Part shown: positions 39,401 through 46,819 of the stretch, one piece after another
Numbering within the stretch: the stretch's first letter is position 1
Layout of the letters: the number at the start of each line of letters is the position of its first letter
Origin: Phoronis australis
Taxonomy: Eukaryota; Animalia; Phoronida
Reading direction: 5' to 3'
Assembly (NCBI GenBank): GCA_002633005.1
Contig: NMRA01000040.1
Location: 265,362 to 329,361, forward strand
Length of the DNA: 64,000 nucleotides
The notes under the pieces: generated by a model
What the model saw: the letters and a program-made list of their open reading frames with translations, nothing else
The model's database searches: none
What the model was told of the DNA's origin: nothing
Translations under genes and position numbers: made by a program

Positions 39401-42400
39401 ATCAATCAAAACATTTTTAAATACAAAATCACACGTCACGCAGTAAAATAGACCTATCGCAAGCTCTGCCCCCTTGCGAAAAGTCACGTGACACCCAACA
39501 AACAAACAAGATGTCAGAGGCAAATACACAGTCGCTAAACGATGGCGGAATCATTGAGTGTTTTTTGCACTACCCGAAAACCCTTCGACAAATACAACAG
39601 GCGATGCTTTTCAGCAGAGAATCCTACGTTTATGATGTGGGAATTTGCAAAGGTGACGATGAAAAAATAAGTGTTCGAGGAAAAGTATTTCTGAGCCAGC
39701 AAAAAAAGAAAAAAAACACATAGGGTTCACCTCCACCTGACAAATGACAAGGTCACTGATGTGATATGTTCAGGTAAAGCTGGGTATGTACCTTAAAGTC
39801 GAATTATCTGTACGATGCCATATATTTTAGGATCTTTCGAACAAAACCAGTGAAGATTCACCAGAATTTTGCCACATGCGCAAACCCAGCCTAAAATGTA
39901 GGGATGCAAGGGTCTCAAATTTTTGGGTTTGTGAACATTATTACTAAAAAAAACCGGTAAACGGGGTTTGTTCAAGGCCTATGCATTGTGCNCCCCCCCC
40001 CCCCCCGAGCACCCCTAGGTGCGCGCATATCATAGTCAGCAATTCACATCCGAACTGCCAAATGGTATCTGGGAGAATTTTAGGGGGGCGACGGCCCCCT
40101 TGCCCCCCCTCCTAAATCCGCCACTGGTATTACCATTCTCATCACGCAATTTCTTGAGCTATAGACTACGACACCATATTGTTTGTCGGGTAAAATGACG
40201 ACTTGGAAACACAGACGAAGGTGTGTCAAGAATGCTGTGTTCTGATTGGTCAGTTAAGCTGCCAATCTTAAATCTTGGTACTTACATGATTAAAGCCTCT
40301 TGCCTACCACGTTAAATACACTACTAGCGAAGCGTCGATGTAAACTATGAAATTACCTAACATTTACTTTTCAATTTTAACAGTCATTTTGGTCGTTTGC
40401 CTTACTTATTGTTCATTTTGTTACCTTGAAACTATTACACCAAGCAGGCATGTTGGTTACAACATCGATTATCTCAGCTAATACACATTCAGCCAAGCCC
40501 TTGAATAGTGATAAGCCCATTTCAATGAGTGATGCCTCCATGAACACTTTGATGTGTTGAGAACTTTGGTGGAGACTGCATGGTGAGGGATTCACACGCA
40601 TTCTCGTCCACTTGTGTGCAAATAGCGTTAACGTACGAGACGCAAATGATAGAATTTCCCTTGTCTGCGATATTATATGACTTCACAGACTTTTTCGTAC
40701 TCAGACCTCATCTGCTGAATATATCAGTTACAACATGGATTTTATCATAGGATGAGTGATTACACATTCAATACAGATGACAACAAAAATGTCTAGAGAA
40801 AACATGCCAAAGGGCAACCCTGGAGTGATCACATGGGGCACAGTTTGTGCTCAGTTACTGCACCTTAAGTTCAAGATGGACTCAAAACCTAAGGCTCCAC
40901 CTGACTTGGCTATAAGCTCTCCCCTTCAAATATAGATCTCCAAATTCTTTAAATGCGTTTAAATCAACAATTCTAGTTGTGCTATTGTGAACACACGTTA
41001 ATCCATCCCACTGTGTATAGAGTGCAGACATTAGAGCTGTTCCCATGTATTTTGAAATCCCAGGTCAGGGTGTCCTCAAGGGAGTCATGAACACCAGGAA
41101 GTTATGTCACCCCCATTTGGCACACACTGACACTACACAGTACAATTCATGAGCCAGGAGATACAGATAATGATTAGAATTTTAATTGAATCAAGAAATG
41201 ACATCTGGTAGGTCATGAATCCCCCCCCNCCCCCCCCCCCCCATAGTAATCCAGCAAAATTTGGTGGAGAACTCATAATTCTGGCAAATTCGTGTCCTGA
41301 TGCAAAAAAATCTCTAAATCTCTAGTGAATATTTACTTGAAAAATACGCAGGATTATTTCCACCAAAGTTCACAAGGGAAGGGCACTCCTCTTATCCCTG
41401 GCAGTCATTCCTGTTCAGCAGTGCTCAGACAAAAGAAGCCGGTTACATAAAAGCAAACATGTTCTTGGTTTGTGCCCATGTTTTTGATTTGTGCCCGGCT
41501 TCAGAGTTCAGATTCAAACTCAGTGTGGATCATTTGGTGAGCTGCAGGGGAAATAGGCTGTAGCTCACTGAATACACAATGTTACAAAATAGGAGAGTAA
41601 ATGTTATCACCACCTGCAAACCTTACAAAACACTGGCAGACAGTTGTGAATTGAATCAGCTGATCACCAGTGTTAGTGCCGATGGAACAGCTTGTACATA
41701 GTAGGTTGGATGGGTGGATAATCAATAGATTCAATGTCATCTCATTAACCAGCCGTACTGAATCAAAAAGTTCTAGTGTCAAGTATGGCACAGCAAAACT
41801 TCACCAATTTCGGACCAAAAAAACCAATGAAATTGCACTTTTGTCATTTTCCAAAGGCTTCCCACATTGTTTCGGCACAACTTCTCATAGTATTGTCTAA
41901 TGGCACAACTTATAGTATTGTCTAATGGCACAATTTATAGTATTGTCTAATGGCGCAAACTTATAGTATTGTCTAATGGCACAATCTATAGTATGTCTAA
42001 TGGCACAACTTATAGTATTGTCTAATGGCACAATTTATAGTATTGTCTAATGGCACAATTTATAGTATTGTCTAATGGCACAATTCATAGTATTGTCTAG
42101 TGATAGCTGTGGTACAGAGCTTGAACATGGAAAAGCATTAATTTAAGGCAAAATATTCTTTTATGGAAAATTAATCAAAAATTTTGTCTGTCGGCCATAT
42201 TTTGTCCTTAAATTGGTGAGATGTTCACCATAAAACAGATACCAAAATTAGGCAATTTATCATTTGTAAGCGTCAAGCCATTCAGATTTTTTTACGCAAT
42301 CCATTCACATCATTTTGCCATAAGTTTTTGCCAAAGCTTATGACTACGCAAACACATATTCCCCACAGTTGTTGATTTGTCTTCACACGAGCAACAAAAA

Positions 42401-43729
42401 TGAACACGCACAATATATTACCACTGGTCGTGGTGCAAATTCTTGACTTAGTACTATGTACTTTCCATGGAGCACTAGTTACACGCAAATCTTGACTTGA
42501 GCGAACACACATTGAAATTTTCAACTTTAATCTAGTGAAACCAAGCCCTGGTGACGTTCAAGACAAACAAATAACCTTTCAACCCAAACGTAAAGTACAA
42601 CACACGAATGTCAATGTTACTGGAATCCAGAAAGAAAGCAAGAGTTCATCAGAAATTGTGTTGTTTGGATAGGAATTTATATATATGTATTATGTTAAAA
42701 GGTGCTATAAACAATGCTGTGAAAAAAAAGCCATTTAGATTCAGATCACTGCTGTGAAATGGATCTCAACTTGTCACATACTCAAAGTAAAGGTGATTTT
42801 GAGCTCAGAAATAACTGACCATTCCACGGAGACCAGGCTCAGCAACTTGGATCATCAGAGTGAGACAATTTATCTGTTGATTTTGGTCTCAGGCATTTTT
42901 AATGAACTGTAAGTTCTTTCCAACTAGGCAAGAAAATCACTTCTGAACTGAGTGAGGAAAAAATGAGACCACATCACAAATATATCCAGACAGCAGCTAT
43001 CGCTCCATAGACTAGGCAAGTCTCAGTTAAAGCCTCGCATAAATAGAGTGATGACATCCAAGGGTTTTACTGCTGTGAAGTCATCTGCTAATTGCCACAC
43101 TCTACACAAAAGGAACTTAGATCAGTGACCGTGATGTCGAGAATTGATGATGCTTGCGGTTATAGAACACATACATCGACGAAGTTGGTACAGGGTAAAA
43201 TTTCACCAATTTCGGACAAAATATTTGCCAAAACTTTTCTGTTTTCACATTTTCAAGGTCTTCTTACATTGGCTATGAGTGCCCAGTTTTCATTCGAAAA
43301 ACTTTGTGTGATTGTACGTATCATACAAAATTTGAACATGCTAAAATATTAATTTTACGCTGTATACTTCATATGAAAAAATGAGAAAACAAACTTTCAG
43401 TTGTCATTAATTTTGTGTCCTAAAAGGGTAAGATTTTACTTACAAGATGCTGTCAAAAAGGCCGAGTTTCTAAACCTGTTTGATAATACTCAGAAAGCCA
43501 GTCTAAACAAAAGGTTGATTTCTTTAGTGAAGGAGGGCAGGTTTGCAGCAGGATTAAGGACGTCACAAATGTTGCGTCTTCCCTTACCAGTGGACACACT
43601 AAGCTTACCTGATGTAGTTTGAACAGTAGTTTACTGGTTGAGGATTGTTCATTAAGATTGTTCGATGTTCAACAGTAACTCCCTTTTCCCCTTCCTCCAG
43701 TTCCACCAAATCCTGCATCGGAGTGTAAC
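321..43729 (-). CDS. ATP8A1: Phospholipid-transporting P4-ATPase, ATP8A1/ATP8A2 (Drs2) type; 35 coding exons traced, partial at both ends
   Basis: Manual splicing at GT-AG sites gives a phase-consistent 3303-nt open frame containing LLQ|[56 protein letters not shown] and the C-terminal TM helices. By recall it is closest to ATP8A1/2 rather than ATP8B/9/10/11. Confidence 0.96.
781..1040. repeat. Intronic minisatellite, 80-bp period made of alternating ~43- and ~37-bp subunits
   Basis: agatggagcaaatgg recurs at ~807, 887 and 967, interleaved with (atg)gagcaacagga variants. Confidence 0.85.
4112..4393. mobile_element. MITE, PIF/Harbinger-like, family A
   Basis: Long imperfect TIRs (ggatctgtttcatgaaaa...ttaagacttaagac / gtcttaaatcttaag...ttttcattgaacggaccc) flanked by CTG; related copy at 19280-19569. 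Confidence 0.7.
4440..4541 (-). CDS. ATP8A1: ATP8A exon: [33 protein letters not shown](R) (C-tail)
   Basis: 102 nt, ttccag/gtttga, phase 2-2; KxLxEExQE motif. Confidence 0.88.
6188..6276 (-). CDS. ATP8A1: ATP8A exon: [29 protein letters not shown](T) (TM10)
   Basis: 89 nt, tccag/gtaagt. Confidence 0.95.
6618..6725 (-). CDS. ATP8A1: ATP8A exon: [36 protein letters not shown] (TM9)
   Basis: 108 nt, ttcag/gtaagc; HxxIWGSI motif. Confidence 0.96.
7781..7837 (-). CDS. ATP8A1: ATP8A exon: [19 protein letters not shown] (TM8)
   Basis: 57 nt, acag/gtgagt. Confidence 0.96.
9161..9404. mobile_element. MITE with 12-bp perfect TIR AGGTGCGTTCCG
   Basis: aggtgcgttccg at 9161-9172 and cggaacgcacct at 9393-9404; an internal segment resembles ~17020-17100. 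Confidence 0.65.
9435..9496 (-). CDS. ATP8A1: ATP8A exon: [20 protein letters not shown]
   Basis: 62 nt, ttcag/gtaagt; GNxxYT motif. Confidence 0.94.
10500..10578 (-). CDS. ATP8A1: ATP8A exon: [26 protein letters not shown](D) (TM7)
   Basis: 79 nt, acag/gtggg. Confidence 0.95.
10947..11069 (-). CDS. ATP8A1: ATP8A exon: [41 protein letters not shown]
   Basis: 123 nt, gtag/gtagg. Confidence 0.96.
11306..11380 (-). CDS. ATP8A1: ATP8A exon: [25 protein letters not shown]
   Basis: 75 nt, tctag/gtgagt; GFSGQ motif. Confidence 0.97.
11901..12600. mobile_element. Non-autonomous TTAA-type (Kolobok-like) DNA element carrying a tRNA-like segment
   Basis: ttaa|agggatatcat ... atgatatcctt inverted ends; degenerate A box (tagctcattagcagag) and B box (ggtttgatttc) at 12161-12214. 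Confidence 0.5.
12802..12912 (-). CDS. ATP8A1: ATP8A exon: [37 protein letters not shown] (TM5)
   Basis: 111 nt, tccag/gtaagt; FYKN motif. Confidence 0.97.
13535..13612 (-). CDS. ATP8A1: ATP8A exon: [26 protein letters not shown]
   Basis: 78 nt, gcag/gtggg. Confidence 0.96.
14080..14185 (-). CDS. ATP8A1: ATP8A exon: [35 protein letters not shown]
   Basis: 106 nt, acag/gtcagt; GDGAND hinge motif. Confidence 0.97.
14597..14992. mobile_element. Palindromic foldback MITE, family B (CWG flanks, Harbinger-like)
   Basis: Arms ctacttttgtgcaaactcaagataagcgtctatta / taatagacacttatcttgagttcacgcaaaagtag; second copy at 58218-58606. Confidence 0.8.
15383..15555 (-). CDS. ATP8A1: ATP8A exon: [57 protein letters not shown](R)
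   Basis: 173 nt, ttcag/gtagg; DGKTL and VICCR motifs. Confidence 0.96.
15930..16173. mobile_element. MITE with GGGCCCRTTCCAA TIRs (Harbinger-like)
   Basis: gggcccgttccaacaaaact ... agtttcttggaatgggccc; interior rich in ttaagac repeats. Confidence 0.7.
17230..17770 (+). mobile_element. Decayed 3' end of a non-LTR retrotransposon (RTEX-like) with a (CAT)n tail
   Basis: Frameshifted zinc-knuckle-like KLCTED..EHFIQHC..LHQVR near 17450-17520, then a putative 3'UTR and (cat)n at ~17735-17768; clade is inferred. Confidence 0.4.
18238..18302 (-). CDS. ATP8A1: ATP8A exon: [21 protein letters not shown]
   Basis: 65 nt, tccag/gtaagt. Confidence 0.95.
18856..18946 (-). CDS. ATP8A1: ATP8A exon: [30 protein letters not shown](G)
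   Basis: 91 nt, ttcag/gtaagt; TGDKQET motif. Confidence 0.97.
19181..19228 (-). CDS. ATP8A1: ATP8A exon: [16 protein letters not shown]
   Basis: 48 nt, ttcag/gtaagt; [10 protein letters not shown] motif. Confidence 0.96.
19280..19569. mobile_element. MITE family A, copy in opposite orientation
   Basis: Same TIRs (cagtttcatgaaaagtgacttaagacttaag ... cacttttcgcaaaacagaccc); interior is reverse-complement similar to 4112-4393. Confidence 0.7.
20772..20911 (-). CDS. ATP8A1: ATP8A exon: [46 protein letters not shown]
   Basis: 140 nt, acag/gtaaat; GLRTL motif. Confidence 0.96.
20954..21350 (+). mobile_element. TTAAGGTC-terminated non-autonomous DNA transposon fragment (Kolobok-like)
   Basis: cctcaaaaatggctgatcgaattcgcgtgaaaccttcagataccgtgc is shared, reverse-complemented, with 30830-31091. 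Confidence 0.5.
21665..22014 (+). mobile_element. Probable Tc1/pogo-type element end, truncated at an assembly N
   Basis: TA|CAGTCAAGTGACCTAATTATCGGAC terminus; cctaaatatcggac repeated at ~21867; CpG-richer than the flanks; ends at N 22014. Confidence 0.4.
22105..22189 (-). CDS. ATP8A1: ATP8A exon: [28 protein letters not shown](G)
   Basis: 85 nt, gtag/gtgagt. Confidence 0.95.
23381..23450 (-). CDS. ATP8A1: ATP8A exon: [23 protein letters not shown]
   Basis: 70 nt, ttcag/gtgagt; RKRMS and KGA nucleotide-binding motifs. Confidence 0.97.
24021..24070 (-). CDS. ATP8A1: ATP8A exon: [16 protein letters not shown](S)
   Basis: 50 nt, ttcag/gtaagc. Confidence 0.93.
24752..24834 (-). CDS. ATP8A1: ATP8A exon: [27 protein letters not shown]
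   Basis: 83 nt, ttcag/gtgagt; DExALV motif. Confidence 0.95.
25540..25654 (-). CDS. ATP8A1: ATP8A exon: [38 protein letters not shown](D)
   Basis: 115 nt, ttcag/gtaac; CHTV and YQASSPD motifs. Confidence 0.95.
25715..26160 (+). mobile_element. Non-LTR retrotransposon fragment with restriction-like endonuclease architecture (HERO-like)
   Basis: [39 protein letters not shown] knuckle [17 protein letters not shown], and frameshifted RHNKVL, as in R2-type/HERO C-terminal regions. Confidence 0.8.
26320..26383 (-). CDS. ATP8A1: ATP8A exon: [21 protein letters not shown]
   Basis: 64 nt, acag/gtttgt; phase 2-0 bridges the flanking exons exactly; poorly conserved N-domain segment. Confidence 0.75.
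27211..27336. repeat. 30-bp minisatellite (~4.2 copies) spanning an exon-donor junction
   Basis: caatgctatcactgtcaactcacccgtata unit at 27211, 27241, 27271 and 27301. Confidence 0.95.
27324..27412 (-). CDS. ATP8A1: ATP8A exon: [29 protein letters not shown](G) (phosphorylated Asp)
   Basis: 89 nt, AG/GTGAGT; DKTGT catalytic motif. Confidence 0.97.
28374..28451 (-). CDS. ATP8A1: ATP8A exon: [26 protein letters not shown]
   Basis: 78 nt, AG/GTAGG; [12 protein letters not shown] signature. Confidence 0.97.
29029..29147 (-). CDS. ATP8A1: ATP8A exon: [39 protein letters not shown] (TM4)
   Basis: 119 nt, cttcttccag/gtcagt; PISL motif. Confidence 0.95.
29699..29807 (-). CDS. ATP8A1: ATP8A exon: [36 protein letters not shown] (TM3)
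   Basis: 109 nt, tttcag/gtaagt; WYL motif. Confidence 0.94.
30500..30668 (-). CDS. ATP8A1: ATP8A exon: [56 protein letters not shown]
   Basis: 169 nt, AG/GT; LLRG-LRNT-YTG motif, visible in ORF 30446..30658. Confidence 0.96.
30830..31091 (-). mobile_element. Second fragment of the TTAAGGTC-terminated family
   Basis: gcacagtatctgaaagtttcagttacatccgatcaaccatttctgagg ... gaccttaa is reverse-complement similar to 20954-21100. Confidence 0.5.
31154..31281 (-). CDS. ATP8A1: ATP8A exon: [42 protein letters not shown](R)
   Basis: 128 nt, AG/GTGAGA; IECExPNxxLYxFxG motif. Confidence 0.95.
31822..31891 (-). CDS. ATP8A1: ATP8A exon: [23 protein letters not shown] (DGET motif)
   Basis: 70 nt, AG/GTAAGT; P4-specific DGET dephosphorylation motif. 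Confidence 0.97.
32242..32356 (-). CDS. ATP8A1: ATP8A exon: [37 protein letters not shown] (A-domain)
   Basis: 115 nt, AG/GTAATT; VGD and PAD motifs. Confidence 0.95.
32421..32608. mobile_element. Hairpin MITE-like element with ~70-bp arms and a tRNA T-arm-like spacer (duplicate at 33236-33423)
   Basis: aaatattttgcaaacatttaagtcc...gtgacctaatgaata pairs with tattcattaggtcac...ggacttaaatgtttgcaacatattt; spacer contains GGTTCGAGT. Confidence 0.75.
32993..33038 (-). CDS. ATP8A1: ATP8A exon: [15 protein letters not shown](V)
   Basis: 46 nt, ttcag acceptor, gtatt donor, phase 0-1. Confidence 0.9.
33072..33171 (-). pseudogene. Truncated duplicate of the [22 protein letters not shown] exon, cut by the N at 33071
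   Basis: Matches 32257-32356 but lacks the last 15 coding nt and the donor; probable assembly artefact. Confidence 0.6.
33808..33853 (-). CDS. ATP8A1: ATP8A exon [15 protein letters not shown](V), copy in the second unit of the duplication
   Basis: 46 nt, intact AG/GT; same peptide as 32993-33038 with two synonymous differences. Confidence 0.6.
35723..35821 (-). CDS. ATP8A1: ATP8A exon: [33 protein letters not shown] (TM2)
   Basis: 99 nt, AG/GTGAGT boundaries, conserved sequence. Confidence 0.96.
36137..36290. repeat. Diverged direct dimer of ~78 bp
   Basis: cctcgggtgtttc at ~36137 and ~36214, with continuing similarity. Confidence 0.6.
39274..39373 (-). CDS. ATP8A1: ATP8A exon: [33 protein letters not shown] (TM1)
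   Basis: 100 nt, AG/GTGAGT boundaries, conserved P4-ATPase N-terminal motif. Confidence 0.96.
41874..42100. repeat. 25-bp minisatellite, ~9 copies (ggcacaatttatagtattgtctaat)
   Basis: Head-to-tail units with no spacers. Confidence 0.95.
43609..43729 (-). CDS. ATP8A1: ATP8A exon: (G)[39 protein letters not shown](S)
   Basis: ttctag acceptor, gtaagc donor, 121 nt, phase 1-2; fits the N-terminal RTIxxNxPQxxxFCxNxIS pattern. Confidence 0.88.
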
Positions 43730-46700
43730 CTAGAATGTACAACACTGCAATGAGAATTAAACGTTTAAATGACCTGTTTAAGGGACAATATGAATTTGGT
43801 CTAACACGACAGCAGTACAGTCTTGTTTTTCTAAATCCACGACAGACTCTGAAACGGAGAATGTGCTGACATCTTGCCTCAGTCAGGCAGCCCTAAACAT
43901 TCCAAGAAAAACACCTCTCCAGATTTGCGTTCAGCAACACTGAAGTAGGCTCAGTAAACTAAAAAAACAACCACTCACAGGTGAAGAAACTTTCATAAAT
44001 GATACGACAAATACCTGTCTGACACCACATGTGGTGATTAGTTGCGGACCCAATTGTATTTCTTTTAAGTTGGTGCATTTGAGAAGAATGGCAATGTTCT
44101 TCCTCTTCAATAAGATGGTATAGTGATTGAGTTGCCTTGGGCATATCTTCTGTGACGTATACGGTATGTCTACACCAAAAAATGGCAGGTCATATGAGCT
44201 CTGTTGCAAAATCCATGGAGGACAATTGTATTGTGAACCCCAGACCTCGTCAAACTTAAACTTTTGTCAACCCTTGGCATGTACACGCCTGTGTGTGCGC
44301 AGTGGGTTGTAATTATCAATAAAAGATGCAAATCAGACTTGTCATAAATTAAGTGACAGGGTTAAAGTTGAACTTGCACTAAAATTTCTGATCTCTGTGA
44401 TTGCTTGGTCAAATTAGTTAGAAACATAACATACAGCGATGATGTGAATATGAAGCGAGGTTGCGAATTGCGAAACATTTTTAAGAACCAGTTTTGCGTC
44501 GAAAATGATCCGTCGTAAATCACTCAACCGTGTCCAGTAAGTATGGTGACATGGTGTTGGGTAATATATTATATGATGTGAGCCCCCAAGGTACGACATT
44601 AGAGCAAAGGTCACCTATTTGCAGAATGAATACAACTGCACTTTGTTTAGCGTAAATGATGTTCAAATAGCATTGTCGTTTACCTCCTGCTATACATTAA
44701 TTAACAAAGTTAGGAGCATGCAAATACATCTTTAATGCTCATGTGTGTGCCTTATAAGGCTCTCTTCCAAACAATGGTGCTGGGTTACGAGTGCCACCAC
44801 TCTCTCACACATTCAAATGTAGACCAACGGAATACCTGGGCAACTGCAAAATTTTCATGGGTACTGGAGACAATTACCGAATATTTTGTTCGTGTGCTCT
44901 AGACGATACCACCAAGATTAAAACCAAATGCCCACCCAAAAACACTACAGTAAAATCTCACAAAAATAATTGCAAAAAATATTTTTTCATTTTTTCAAAG
45001 ACTTCGAACAATGCTGTAAATGTTCAGTTTTCCAAAATTTGTACGTTAGAAACAGCGCAACAAAATTTGACCATGGAACATCGCTTACTGTAATTCCCTA
45101 CTATATCATGACATGACAGCTCAAAATACCTAGCACAGAAGTTGTTGGAACATACCCACAAACTCATATGATTAAGAACCCTCAGGCTAATGCCAGTTTA
45201 GATCCACCATGCTCCACAAAATATGTTCATGCCATTACAGAAACCTCCCATTTGGTTTCAACTCCTGATTACTAAACCCTTCATCAACAGGTACCAGAGA
45301 ACTGAAACCTGGAACGTGGCTAATCTCTACACTTCTCAGTTGCAATCTAAATCAGTTTCAGAAGCCAAACAGTTTTTAAAAATCACCAATTATTTTAGCC
45401 CTGGAGCCATGCCAATGTGGTAATTACTCTACCCCACACAACAAGGCCCTAGATCAGACTTCCTGATAAGCAAGCCTCTGCAGGACAGCCATTCTTGTAC
45501 AAAATCTATTGGCAAAGATGCCATGAATGGGGCCAAGTTTTTAATGTCATGAAATCGAAGAAAGAGCATGTAGTTTTTGCCGTATCCCAAGCCTATATCC
45601 GCATGGGGCTAAGAAAATTATGAAAATGTCACCAGTGCAACTTGTCACAAGAGCAAAACAATAGTTGTCGTGATAATTCACTCCACCTTCACAAACTTAG
45701 AGCAACAACAGCGCCTGATCAAGTTGTTCATGAATAACTGCCAGTATGGACAAGGAGATAATAGTTTGCCATACAGTTGCATAGATTAGTTCATTTCATA
45801 ATGGCACCTTCAATCCACAAAATAAAGTAGAATGGGAAATTCTACCTTGACACTAAGTCACAAGAATGCCATATGGACATTGGACACGATTCAGAGCAGT
45901 AAACAATGTAAACTTGCATCCTCTCGCAGCCTGAACTGCCTCAATATCCATGAAACCGAGATCGTTAACTTTAAAGTAGAAGTAATCAAGCGAGCAGTGG
46001 AAAATCGTCCGTTAAAGCACTCAATGAGCTCCATTCGGTCCGACGTTTTATCCTGTGTAAAGTCTGAGACTGCTAACTCCATGTATTACAGCATGTAACC
46101 AAATGTTTGTAATTCAAACATCAACAATTCCTGAAAAATAAAAATACAACACAGTTTTGCAAAGAGCACGGAAATAACAGTTACTCCAAATGGCTTCCAA
46201 CTTTGACGTATAACAATAATAATTTGGAGCCAATTTTCCTTCAGGTACATTGTAAGAAAGGCATTTTAAGACGTTTATAAGAAAAATACCAACAGTATAT
46301 TACCAAACATGGTGAATGGCTTGAAATGAACAACTACCGAATACCAATGGATATCCTGCTTCAAAGCATGAATGAGTCTAAAACAACACTCATCACTTCG
46401 ATAAGGAATATAGTATATTTCCCTGTGGAAATGAAATTTATCAAAGTGCCTCCCACTTGAATTATCAGATCAATACCCACAGATCACATATCAAAACCAC
46501 GGCTTCAATGAAAAAACCATCAGACAATAAAGGGCACCTCAGTTCTTAAACAGAGACTAAATGGAACAGGATATGATCACTACATTAGCAACAGATGGTT
46601 CTCTTTCTGAAATAAATTATTAAGCAATTTCCTGATTGAATTGCCAATACATAAGAGAAGTTGAATGCAGCCAAGTCCTAGATGTGTAGAAATATGTAGT

Positions 46701-46819
46701 GTGTTCAGATTTCATACCAGAGTTTGCTGGTATAGAAAAAACACCAATCCCTTGATTAGCTGATGAGATGACAGAGCTTGAAAAGTGGTTTAGTTTAGAA
46801 ATTTTTAGAATATGCTCGA

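Noticed and set aside
40425-40575. Candidate alternative exon ending ..WCNSFK|GTAAC
   Set aside because: Its open frame ends in phase 0 but the next exon needs phase 2, and the phase-2 frame has a stop.
39990-41243. Poly-C tracts containing N (39992, 41229) as G-quadruplex or regulatory elements
   Set aside because: They coincide with assembly breaks, so their true length and sequence are unknown.
41874-42100. CRISPR-like repeat array
   Set aside because: Units are head-to-tail with no unique spacers, there are no cas genes, and the context is a eukaryotic intron.
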